Source of the DNA: Adineta vaga
Taxonomy: Eukaryota; Animalia; Rotifera
NCBI GenBank assembly: GCA_021613535.1
Contig: CP075492.1
Span: 14,942,001-15,006,000, forward strand
Length of the DNA stretch: 64,000 nt
Direction: 5' to 3'
Below are positions 25,197-37,442 of this stretch, piece by piece (the stretch's first letter is position 1; the number at the start of each line of letters is the position of its first letter). Both the position numbers and the translations under genes were made by a program. A model generated the notes under the pieces. That model worked only from the letters and a program-made list of their open reading frames with translations, made no database searches and was not told where the DNA came from.

Positions 25197-26504
25197 GGAA
25201 AAAAGCAGATTTTATGGTCCTTATAGAGATTATCGAATTCTTTAAACCCTATGAAGTTCTCTTTGATTCTAAAATTTGGAAAAAAAGTATTTTATTGTAC
25301 TTGTCTTTGCTAATAGGTCGCCACTGCTTAACTTCAACTAACATTGGTTAACCAATGAGAGAAAACTGAATCTTCAGGATACAAAATATTTCGAATAGAT
25401 TTAAATAATGCAAAGAAATCACAGAATTCACGTGTTTTCTTCCTTACTTTTACTCTTTCCTTCCAATAATGATTCATTATGTAGCGATCTTTTCTCTCAC
25501 TCTTCTTAAAATGTCCATCACGTTCATAATAATTTTCTGTTGAATAAACTCGGTCAAAATATCTTACCATGCATAATTGCTTATTTAAACCGATCAAATA
25601 GGAAATCTTACAAGCATAGGAACCTCAGTGGGTAACGTAACTACATCTATGCATTTAACTGGTTAGCTAATAATGCGAAACCAATTCGGTATGAAGAAGC
25701 TGAAAGAGAAAAAGTATCAGCGGCATATAAAAAAGTCCAAATGACTCCACACATCAGATATTGATCAGCAATCTACGCTAAGAATTTCGAAATTATTTTC
25801 TTCATTGGTCTCATAGATTTAATTAATAACATTTAATAATTTTAACGATTCAAAATAAATTTATATTATACATGATGTTTGCAAATAAAAAGAGACTTGA
25901 TTTATAATCAATCATTGTATCCACTTTATACAACAAGTAACGCTCGTCGTGCCGACTCACTTAACCCTCGACTGTGGACGACAGGTATCTTTAGCTTATC
26001 CCAATAGTAAGACGAATTGATCTAGCAACTTAATATACGAGAAAAAGCCCCACATGATTTTGATCAAATATGTACTAACTTTCGAAAACAATATATGGAA
26101 ATTTTTTGCAAAATCAATTTCATCCAACGCCCATGCCCACACCCTCTTGGTATAATATTATTTCCAACCCTGTAAATAATGACTTGTGACTAAAGAATTC
26201 GAAAGTATAAAGAACATATCTATTAACAATACTTTATTTTCAAATGTTAAATTGATTTGACAGCTTTATGAAATAAATAGAGGTTGGAATAATTTACTAA
26301 TGGTTTTGAATGACTCATTTATAAAATATTTCATCTACATTTTGAAATAACACTATACTATTCTTTCTCGATTTGGCGTTTGCGAAGACATTATAAAGAA
26401 AATAAAAGTATACTTCCTAACATTTCGGTGATTTCAACGAGCAATACACTGCAATCTGTAGTATCAATAGTAAGATCTTCGAGTTAAGACATAAAGGTGA
26501 TATT

Positions 26505-28128
26505 ATGTCAACTAATTGTAATGATTCATCGTTATTCGATGTTGATGATTTAATTGGTCGACTTCTCGAAGGTTTGTTCATCATTATTTTCTTAGCAAGA
26601 ACATCTCTCATTAATCTTTCTTTATTTTTTCGAAGTGCATAAATGTCAATCATCGGTCACATTTGTTCAAATGTCAGAACAAGAAATAAATCATTTGTGT
26701 GTTAAATCAAAAGATATATTTCTCAGTCAACCAATACTACTCGAACTTAGAGCTCCGATTAACATATGCGGTAAATCTATCTCTCAGTTTTGATATTACC
26801 TTTGAACTTTCATTGATAGGCGACATTCATGGTCAATATACTGATCTACTGCGTCACTTCGAAAATGGCAAATTTCCACCCGAATCTAACTATTTATTTC
26901 TTGGTAATTATGTTAATCATGGAAAACAATCTTTAGAAACTATCTGTCTCCTACTTGCATACAAAGTTCGTCAATTGTTTCTTCGAATTTATATTACATA
27001 TTCATTTACATCACGTTTCATTAGATTAAATATCCTGATAATATTTTCTTACTACGAGGAAATCATGAATGCGCTTCACTTGCTCGAATCCATGGTTTCT
27101 ACGATGATTGTAAGATCCTTGATTCTCTATGAGATGAGATCCATGTATATACTGCTAGGTAAACGACGATATAATATCAAATTATGGAAAAAATTCATCA
27201 ATGTAAGATCAAAACCTTGTATTTTTTTTTACCAAAACTGTTATATTACATCTGTTCAAGTGTTTCAATTGTCTTCCAGCAGCTGCAATTATCAATAATC
27301 AAATGTTTTGTTGTCATGGAGGTATCAGATAGATGCTTCTGATATTCCATCTCCATTTGCTTTTCTTGTTTATTTATTGAAGGTCTTTCACCTGAACTTA
27401 CAAACTTAGATCAAATTATGCGAATACAGCGACCTACTGATGTACCCGACACTGGTAAATAGCGAAAAGCTTTCTAAACTAAAGCTGTCATGAGTTTTAT
27501 TAATACTGTCTAGGTCTTCTTTGCGATTTATTGTGGTCCTCACCAGATAATGATGTGACAGGTTGGTACGACGAGGGTGAAAGTGTTTCATTCATCTTTG
27601 GCGCAAATGTAGTAAATAAAGTAAATTATCGAACAGACTCTTGTTTGATCCTTTTTTCTACTTTGAGCAATACGATTGTTTTATCAGTTTTTAAATCGAC
27701 ATAACATGAACTTGATCTGTCGATCACTACAAGTAAACCATTCGAAATAGTTTTTTTTGAAACATTATAATTTTTTTCGCAGGTGGTCGAAGATGGTTAT
27801 GAATTTTTTGCTGATCATAGACTGATCACTATCTTTTCAGCTGCTGATTATCGTCGTGAATTTGACAATGCCGGTGCACTTATGTCAGTTGATGAAAATA
27901 TGATATGTTCATTTTTCGTATGTTCTTATTTCATTACATATTATTGACGAATATAAAGTTTTCTTTTCTTTTTAGATTCTTCCTTCAAAAATAACCAAGG
28001 CAACAAATGGACAAGATGATGAACGTGGATTTTCTGTTCCTCAAAGAAAATTTGTGAAATTATCGCCGACTCGAGTGGATAGGTATCAAAATCATGAAAG
28101 CTTGTCTAACAAAGACAATGACACATGA
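26505..28128 (+). CDS. PP1 (PPP family) catalytic-subunit paralog, 11 exons, predicted catalytically impaired
   Basis: Manual splicing gives one open frame with [39 protein letters not shown]; motifs altered to GNYVNHG, CRSLQ, SAADY. Confidence 0.9.
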
Positions 28129-29109
28129 TCTTGCGGATATGGATTATGAGCCTATTATCAATGTTCACATTTTTTAAGAATCATATTTATTGAACAAAAG
28201 AAGAAAAAGTTTGATTTTGACAAAATTTCATATTACATGAAAATGGTCATTGAATCATTCAATGTGTTATGTTAGAGGGATGGAATGAAGGCTGAACATA
28301 ATGACATCGGTCTGTTTATTGATAGTTGTAAGATCAAATGATTTAAAAATGCATAGAATTGAATCGCATTTGTTCAAATCGATATATACGTAAATAGTTA
28401 GGATATAATTTTTGAGACATGGTCAATATCGTTTGAAATTGATTTTGATTTTTACCAATGCATCTATATAAAGATAAACTCCATGAGATGGGTAGTACAG
28501 CATGATAAACGGAAAGATTCTAGTGGACGATATCGATTAAATTTAAATATTAAAATTAAGAAAGGCTAATTTTGATTCTATCAACAAACTTAATAGTTAT
28601 AGTGAAGCAAACGAGTCGAAAAAAGACAGAGCAGCAGATTTCAAATGATATCTTGTTGAAATTCTTAACTTCGGTTGTTTCTTGAGAATCTTATTAATAC
28701 GCGTATTTAAATGAGCGAAAACTGAATAATGAAGCCTATAGTTATATACATGTCATCATATCAATATGCGGTTTGTCAACGCCATCTACGTTGGCACTAT
28801 AAACCATCCGATAGTTTGCCTTTTTTTCCTAAAACAAAATTTTTCGTAAATCGATCTGAGTATATTATTCATCAATAAACTATGTATTATCATTTCTTCG
28901 AAAAAAATATCCAATCATTTGTAAATCGTAAGAAGAAAATGATGGATTTTTTCGCAAAAAACACGTATACATTAATTTGTTTCTTTCTCTTTTTTTCTTG
29001 ATTAAGCATAACATTATTTTATATTTGTTTACAATATTACCTGATATGAATAGGAAAGAACGCAACCAATAAACAACATAAAAATACGTCCGACACGTCT
29101 ACTAGAGAT

Positions 29110-30146
29110 ATGCAACTTGAAAATCAAATATTTCGTATTGAAGATGAATTATACACTTTACTTAATCGACGAGGTAATGGAAAATTTGGATCGGTTTGGA
29201 CATCGATCACATCCGATGGTAAATTAATCAACAAAAAGCTATAGAAGTTCTATGAAATTGATTCTCTGAAATATAGGATTGAATTTGTTCTTTAGGTTAT
29301 CAAGCTGCCGTTAAAGTACTTGATCTTCGTAGTTATCAAAATAATCTTAATCCATCTAAGATTCTCACCTCCTTCAAAAACGAAGTTAAAATGATGAATA
29401 TCATGCGTGATGCACATGATTATGTTGTAACTCTATATGGATCTGCTATAGATTTACAAAGAGGCTTAGCTTTCATATCTATGGAGTTAGGAAATGATTC
29501 ATTACGTGATCGAGTTGCAAATCTCCATCAAATGCATAGGAAATCGGCAAGAGTTGGTTATGATTACATTTCCATACGAGATCGAATCAACGTTTGGATT
29601 CAATTAGTTGATATCATTCTCGCACTTTATCAATATGATATCGTAAGTGAGAAAGAGAAAAAAAGATCTTTTCCCATCACTCACAGATGAGATATCAATC
29701 GATTATAGATCCATCGTGATATCAAACCAAATAATTTAATATTCTTTGGACCGCGATTGAAGGTGATTGATTTGGGTATAGCACAAACACGATCGACAGG
29801 GTAAGTCTGATATTATTAAATTTGTTTTAATCTTAATATTAAATCTAGACATTTTCGACGTCAAATACGTAATCGTAGCGCTTTTAGTGCTCCAGAATGT
29901 TCAACAGGTGAAGCACCTATCACACCAAAAGCTGATATATGGTCAATAGGTGCTATTCTTTATTATTTGACGTATGGAAGATCACCTCTTCAATTAAGTT
30001 CACGAGCGCCAGTTGGTATTCGACCTACTCGTTCCACTCGTGTTCAAGATATACTTGATCGTTGTCTTCAACGAAATTTGTATCAACGACCAACCCATCA
30101 TTGGCTTTCTGTGCATCCTTTAACAAAAGGCACTCCAGCGTTCTAA
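29110..30146 (+). CDS. Ser/Thr protein kinase, multi-exon
   Basis: GNGKFGSV, AVK, HRDIKPNN, DLG, SAPE, KADIWSIG across GT-AG introns; an extra 5' exon is possible. Confidence 0.85.
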
Positions 30147-30539
30147 ACTGACACAAATTTTTATCCTTTTGCATGGCAATATGACAATAAGAGGGTGTGG
30201 GTATGAAATAAATACAGTGCAGAATTAATTTCAAAATCACAACCAAATACAAGTTTGTTTGTTCAACAAGAAAAAGAAGTTATTCTTTTCAAATTTTGTC
30301 TATTGATTAATGCACTTTTTTTTATCTATTTAACGCGACTTATATAAAAAAGTACATATGAACGTCGATAAAATACTCCTTGTATACGTAATATCGTATC
30401 CTATAGATTTCTTTTTTTCTTTACCTGTACATAATATATCATCCGATATACATGCTCATGTATAGTGATGAACTTCTTTTTCATTCATCGTTTTAAAACA
30501 ATGTCGAGTTCAGTTTGTGTCTTCTACTTATATGGCTTA

Positions 30540-31425
30540 TCATTTCATTAAATAAAACTACAGCTATACATCGACTGTATTATGGAACGAGGCAAAAAAT
30601 GCAGATGCACTAACAGATCATGGTCTATAATTAGGAAAAGATCTTCAATATCTTAAAAATGATCAACAATTAAAAGATAAACTAATTAGCTCGTCATATT
30701 CTCAAACGATTATATAAACAACCTATTATTGACAAACTTATCAACTCAGAATATTCTTTCGTTGGCAATGATCAAAATTCAAAAATTGTCAATGAAGTTG
30801 ATGCCGTTAGTATACTTTTTGTTCTTCTATATTGAGTGATGCAGTCTTACGTGACAAGGGAGTAGGATCTCTACTGGAAAAATACTTTCAATCATATGAA
30901 GCACTATGGTTTGGTTATCTTTACGATACAAAAGTAGGACAAAATGAAGTATTGTTTCTCTTCCTACATATTTTCGTTTAGTATTATTATAAGTATGGTT
31001 CTAGCTTTGCAAATCGAACAATTTCATATGATATGACACAAGTTTTACTTGATGATTTATTTGTTCATACAAATAAATGTTCACAAGTAAATTCTGATCA
31101 TTTTCTTCGAATAATCTTTACTCATGCTGAAGCCATTCTTCCATTTATCGCTCTCCTTCAAATACCCATTCTCAGTGACCAACCAACGCCATTTAATGAA
31201 AAATTTATCTATAAAAACAATCATTGGCGTGATTCACTTCTTTCACCAATGACTGCGAATATTCAATGGAAAATCTATCAACATCGCACTCAACATAAAG
31301 AAATTCTTATTCGAATGTTATTAAATGAATATCCGATTCCATTCAAACGAAAATGTCAACCATATCGTTCAATCTATCATCTTTTTTATACTTTTGATGA
31401 ATTGAAACGATGCTATAACTCATAA
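30540..31425 (+). pseudogene. MINPP1-like histidine phosphatase remnant (C-terminal part)
   Basis: 'FTHAEAILPFIALL', 'SPMTANIQWKIY', 'MLLNE' resemble the MINPP1 C-terminus; upstream exons contain stops and no RHGxRxP motif found. Confidence 0.55.
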
Positions 31426-31655
31426 AATCATTTCTTTTTTCGATATATGCTAATTTTGAATAGAAGAAGCTGTATAATTATTTCATATCCCTCTGGCTAC
31501 ACTTCATTCTTTTCATATTCATGAATAGAAACAGGTAAACAATGGCCGGTTGACATATTCGGTTGATAACAGAAAGAGAAAGATTGAAATAGCCTGACCT
31601 TTCATATACATATATCGAACAAATTTATATCATTGTGCGAATTTTTTTGTCGAAA

Positions 31656-33125
31656 ATGTCAATGAAATCTATTGGACTATTTTGGCTTGTTCTCATGATG
31701 ATGATCCTTTATACACTACAAGGTTTTATCCAGGGTTTTGCTACATCGATTCCATTATTTCTTGCTTCATATAAAGCATCATGGAAAGAACAGGGAACAT
31801 TCAGTTGGGTATCTTATCCATTTAGCTGTAAAATTCTTTGGGCACCCATTATTGATTCAATCTATAGTCGCCGATTAGGTGGTCGTCATCAAACATGGTT
31901 AGTTCCTATACAAATTACAGTTGGTCTCATACTCTTAGTTCTCTCATTTTATTTGGAATATTTATTGATGAATTTACGTGTTGTTTTCTTAGCAATTATC
32001 TTCTTTATGATCTTTTTTCTTATTGCAACACAAGATATTGTTGTTGATGGATGGACATTAGTATTATTTGCAAGTTCAAATCCTCAATGGTCATCAACGT
32101 GTCAAACAGCCGGAGAAATGATTGGACGATTTTTTGGTTCGACAGTTTTAATGACATTTGAATCAGCAAATTTTACGAATAAATATATTCGTGAAACATT
32201 TTCTTTACCCCATCGTTCTTATGGATTATTTACACTTGAACAGTATACATTCTTTTGGGGAGTGGCATTTATTCTTGTTAGTTTAATTATTGGAATCGTT
32301 TTCTTCGTTTCGAAATTACGATCGAACAATACTGAAGAAGAACAAATTGAAAAATTAAATTTATGGCAAACATATTTAGATATTTTTCACCTATTAAAAA
32401 AACGATGTGTACAACAATTTGCATTGATATTATTAACATTTAATCTTGGTTTTGCTGCTACCTATTATATGACTAATTTAACTTTAGTTGGGTAAGTAAT
32501 GTGTTTTTTTTAATTTCTAATCTTTGATCTATTTTGTTTCTCGCATAGATATGGTGTGACTCGTGATACAATTGCTCTAATGAATATTCCATTATTGATT
32601 ATTCATATTATTGTACCATTATGTTTAAGTCAAACACGAAGTCCTTTAAAATGGTTTGCCTGGGCATATATTCCACGTTTATTTGCATCTATTCTTTTGG
32701 CTATTTACATTTTCTTTACACCACAACTTCTGTTTAAACCTCATTTTTATCCTCTTTTGCTCATGTTCATTTGCTTAAATGAAGGACTCTGTTATCTATT
32801 GAAAGCATCACGTATTGGTGTTTATGCACGTGTGAGTGAACCACGTATCGGCGGAACTTATATGACTCTATTGGCAACAATTTCCAATCTAGGTCAAAGT
32901 TTATCATCAACAATTGTACTCTACGTTGCTGAATGGTTACCAAAGCAACATGCATATTCAATTCAAGTAGCGGCTTGTTTTATTCTTGGTTTTCTATGGA
33001 TAGGATTGATGTGGCGTATGATCATTCGTCTAGATGCATTACCTGTTGAAGAATGGCATTTGAAACCAAAGCTACAACCACAAATATCAGCAGCGACAAC
33101 AATATCACAGATAAATATTGCTTGA
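31656..33125 (+). CDS. SLC33A1: Acetyl-CoA transporter 1-like (AT-1/AmpG family MFS), 2 exons
   Basis: 'LYTLQG', 'YPFSCKILWAPIID', 'ATQDIVVDGW', 'IGGTYMTLLATISNLG'; intron ~32492-32548. Confidence 0.85.
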
Positions 33126-33530
33126 AACGTACTCTATAAAATTTTTGAAACAATAAAATAAATTGATTTGTCCTACATTGCCTTTTGCGGAGTACGAGTA
33201 AGAGTGTTATTGTTTTTCTCTGATTATTTTGTTTCAAAATATTGCGTTTGCATAATATACCGTATGACTAATTCTAATGATATTTGATATTAAGATCGAT
33301 GCTTACTGAAAATATTACAATTCTTTTCTCTCGGCAGTTCATGCGAGATATATAACGAAGCAAAAAAAAGGTAGTTGTCACGATTTATAAACGCCAAAAA
33401 TAAATGCAGATGTTCATGTATTTAAAGAAATAGTTAAGGTTTGTCAGAACATCGAGAATATTCATAATATGAGAGATTAAAATGATAAATTTCAAATAAC
33501 ATATTTTCTGTTTTTAGTTAAAACGTCAAA

Positions 33531-34778
33531 ATGAAACGCAATAGAATAACAGTTACTCTTGTAATAGATTGATATAAACAATACAAAAATCATCGTTAAG
33601 TTTTTGTTTCTCACTTGTTTTAGTCCTCAACAGCCAATTCTGATGCTCATCAAACATCATCAACTCGAAAGAAATTATTTTGGATCCTATCGATCACTCT
33701 CATTGTTATGTTCATCATAATTACTCCAGTAGCTATCGTAACAACAAATAAACGAAATAAGACAATTTTATCTGCAGAAACAACAACAGCAAAAGGTATA
33801 GAATTGTTTCCATAGATAGTAAATTAAATCTATACTCTGAAGATTTTATGTTATTTTCTAGAACAAATCTTGTCTGCAAATCAAATCACTAATAATACAA
33901 AATGGGTAGAAAAGGGAATAACTGTTGCTGGAGGACATGGAGAAGGAAATGGTTTACACCAACTCAATTATCCAGTTGGCATGTATGTTGATGATCATCA
34001 GAAAAGGATTTATATTGCTGATAGTTTTAACAAACGTATTGTTGAATGGGAATTTGATGCAAAGCAAGGTTTAGTATTTGTCGATAGAAATGAAGGAGAA
34101 GAGGGAATCTATCAACTGAATTTCCCAACTAGCGTTGCTGTTGATGAAAAAACTGACTCTGTCATTACCTGTGATTATACCGAAAACAAGGTAGTGCGAT
34201 GGTCTCGTAAAAATCGAACAAATGCACAAATACTTATTTCCAATATTTTGTGTAGTGGTTTATTAGTTACGATTGATGCAGATCTTTATGTTTCTAATGG
34301 TCCGTATGGTGGAATAAGAATGTGGAGAGAAGGAGAAACTAGCAAAACAATTCCTGGAAGTGAAAAGTTCGACGACACTAGTTATTTTTTTGTTGATAAA
34401 AATGATTCAATTTATATTTCGGATTATCCTCAAAGTTGTGTGTTGAAATGGACGAGAACTAATGATGAAGATGAAGTTACTGTTGTCGCTGGTGGACACG
34501 GTCAAGGCAATGCATCTAATCAATTATTTCAACCTTTGGGAATTGTTCTCGATCATTTGGGTAATATTTATGTTGCTGACTCTGGTAATAATCGAATAAT
34601 GCGTTGGTTAAAAGGTGCACAAGAAGGTAATATTATTATTGGTAATAGTACAATAAGTGAAGAAGAACCAAATCGATTAGATAATCCGACTGCTTTATCA
34701 TTCGATCGTTATGGTAATCTATATGTTATGGATCGAAATAATCAACGAATATTAAAATTTAATGTCGAAAACTATTAA
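33531..34778 (+). CDS. Membrane-anchored NHL-repeat beta-propeller protein, 3 exons
   Basis: N-terminal TM helix (LFWILSITLIVMFIIITPVAIV), repeated VAGGHGxG..QL..P / IYVADSGNNRI motifs. Confidence 0.9.
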
Positions 34779-34897
34779 AATGCACTTTTTTGTCTTATAA
34801 TAATAAATAACTTTGAGACAGACTAAATGATATCGGTCGTCCGTTTTTAGATGAAAAGGCATTGCTGTGAGTTAAGATTTGCATGTATAAACTTACT

Positions 34898-34950
34898 CAC
34901 ACCCACACCCACCCACCCACACCCACACCCACCCACCCACACCCACACCC
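34898..34950. repeat. Telomere-like (CCCACA/CCCA)n tract with 20-nt higher-order unit
   Basis: ACCCACACCCACCCACCCAC repeated 2.5 times. Confidence 0.85.
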
Positions 34951-35703
34951 ATCTATATCTATTCATCAATATTAATTTTAACATTGGGGTTAGGTTATAA
35001 AATTGATTTAAGTTCAAATAATCTTGTTGGTTGTCGTCTTATTTACTATTGTTCATTATTATTTGATTGTCTTAGTTCATTCTATTTGATTTTAGCTTCG
35101 ATTGATCGAGTTTTAGTTACATCACCGAATGCACTGCTCCGACAACGAAGTACTCGTCGTCTTGCGTTTGTATGTCTTTTAAGTGGAACTTTATTTTGGA
35201 TGTTATTTCATAGTCATACATTATTTCTTATTGATATTCAAGAATTAGTATCCGGCTATTTTGTTTGTTATTTTCGAGCAGGTTTATATGAAAATCGTGT
35301 TGGTTATTATTCGACATTCATTAAAGGAATTCTTATGTCTTTCTTATTGATTATCTTTGGCATATGGACATGGAAGAATCTTCGAAATGTTCATCGTCAT
35401 CGAGTTATTCATTCTAGATCGACAAATGGAAATCTTGTTAGTCATCAAGAGAATTCTGTTCTTTTGAAAAATCGACAATTTACTTTGATGTTATTGATAG
35501 AAATTCTTATTTATATTGCATTCAATTCAATGTTATCAATTATTGGTATCTATCAACAATTTGCAACAGATGAATCACAAGCAAGATTTACTTTTTTTAT
35601 TCGAATAATTGGATCTTTTGTTACATATATTCCATTAGTTGGAAATTTTTTTATATCAAAAACATTTCGATCAGAAGTTAAACGTATATTTTTATGTAAA
35701 TGA
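34951..35703 (+). pseudogene. 5'-truncated class A GPCR (lacks start, TM1 and part of TM2)
   Basis: Frame begins IYIYSSILILTLGLGY.. directly at the repeat; 'LASIDR', 'SKTFRSE'; in-frame stop at 34888 upstream, no ATG in between. Confidence 0.75.
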
Positions 35704-35904
35704 AGATATGATGAGCCTTCTTGAATTTTCGTACTTTTGTCAAAAGATCGAAATAATATTTGCTTTTTGTTGTTGTGTTCGTTACAATAAATCATATTAA
35801 ACTATGGAAATTTGTTAATATCTGAACTAATACGGCACATAGTATATTTATTATTGATTTATGAATATTTTGCGAGTTTTGTGAAATGAACCTTAATTTG
35901 CATT

Positions 35905-37334
35905 CTCAAGTTGTTTACGAAACTTTTTCGAGTAGTACATTGAGTCTGTTTATATCTTTATCAAGAAGATCGATAGTAGATGTTTGCATGCTTTGTGTAC
36001 AATACCATGCCACATTGTTGAACATGAACCAAAGCGTGTTTTAAGTATTACAATAGCAATAGCAGAAATAAGTATCTCGTTCGCTGCCATATGTTGAAAT
36101 ATAGTCAATGGTTTTCAATATCATCCTCATCTAACCGCCAAGAACCATCAAATTTTGTTTATCAATCAAATAATGAATAATATCTTCTTTGTTCTTGGAG
36201 AGTAAATCAGTTTTCTGAGATTGAAAAGGAATAATGTTCTTTGGCAAAAAATCTTCTCATTGTAAACTAAAAAAAATATATATGTACATTTTCACAAAGT
36301 TGAACGTTCGTCAAAGACTGAACAAAACAAAGCATATCATCGTCAGCATCACAATCATCACCACTAGTCATATTGCATTTGGATATTAACGCAGATAGTC
36401 TTGAAGAATATATTTGTAAATGTTGATGATCAGCTAAGGCATAAACAATCAAACGATCATTGATATAAACAGATGGTATTTTATAGTTAGAACAGTTGTA
36501 ATTGTTTTCCAACATGAGGATTTGAAGAAGAATCTAAGCCGAACGAGAAGCTAAGACTTGATGTGGCCATCTTTCGACAAAGATCAATCACTTCATCCAC
36601 AATGAAACTTCACCATCTGTAAGAAGAAATATTTGACGAGCACGTCCTACAATTGGTGGAAATTTACCGTGCCATTGGAGAAAAGACACCTAAATCTGCT
36701 TCATTATATACCGCAGTAATCTCTGGAAATAAACTATTATGATTATCTACCGAATTGAATGATATTGGAAGAGTATCACGATCCAAAATGCGTATTTTGT
36801 TGTGCAAATGTAATCAGATAAAAATCTTTTCTACTCAAGTCTATTAGAATTGAGGGTGACTTAGAACTATTACAAACAATATCACACTTTTCAGGATTAT
36901 AACGCGGCGGTGCGATAGTTGTTGGAACAACAAATCAAATTGTTGTACCATTTTCAGCAAGATTTAATTTATTAAGATAGGAAATAAAGATTTCACATTC
37001 TTTTCAAGCTGGAAGTGCAACAACATTAATAATAAAAGAATCTTGCGATTTTTCGTCTTGTTTCAATAAATAATCACCATGACCTGATTTCTTGATCATC
37101 GATACATGTTAGAAAACTATATTTAACTGCTTGTTCTTCGATGGGAAAACAGTATACACAGCTTCAATTAGTGTCTTTCCATCATTGCGAAATAATTGTG
37201 TAATACTTACATTAGCAGCGAAAGATTGAATTGTAGCTGCAAATATTCACTCGTTTGTGTGACACATATTGCTCTGGACTATTTATCTGAGATAACGCTC
37301 TTTCTCGGTATAGTATGAATCATTGTTGACCATG
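35905..37334 (-). pseudogene. VWA5A-like (VIT + vWA domain) pseudogene
   Basis: VIT fragments 'VSITQLFRND..IEAVYCFPIEE', 'FVVPTTIAP'; vWA 'RQIFLLTDGEV'; C-terminal 'KQNFDGSW'; multiple stops and frameshifts. Confidence 0.75.
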
Positions 37335-37442
37335 CTGGTCTGTTCAACATGTGCGATAAAAAGAAATGATATTCAGACTTTTGTGTCTTTAAGATTTATT
37401 TTTTAACTTGAAATGATACAATTTCTTGTTTGAAAATGAAAA

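Noticed and set aside
25945-26055. Faint resemblance to the LSU rRNA 3' region (GACAGGT...TACGAGA)
   Set aside because: Identity too low and the sarcin-ricin consensus is not matched; more likely an interspersed repeat fragment
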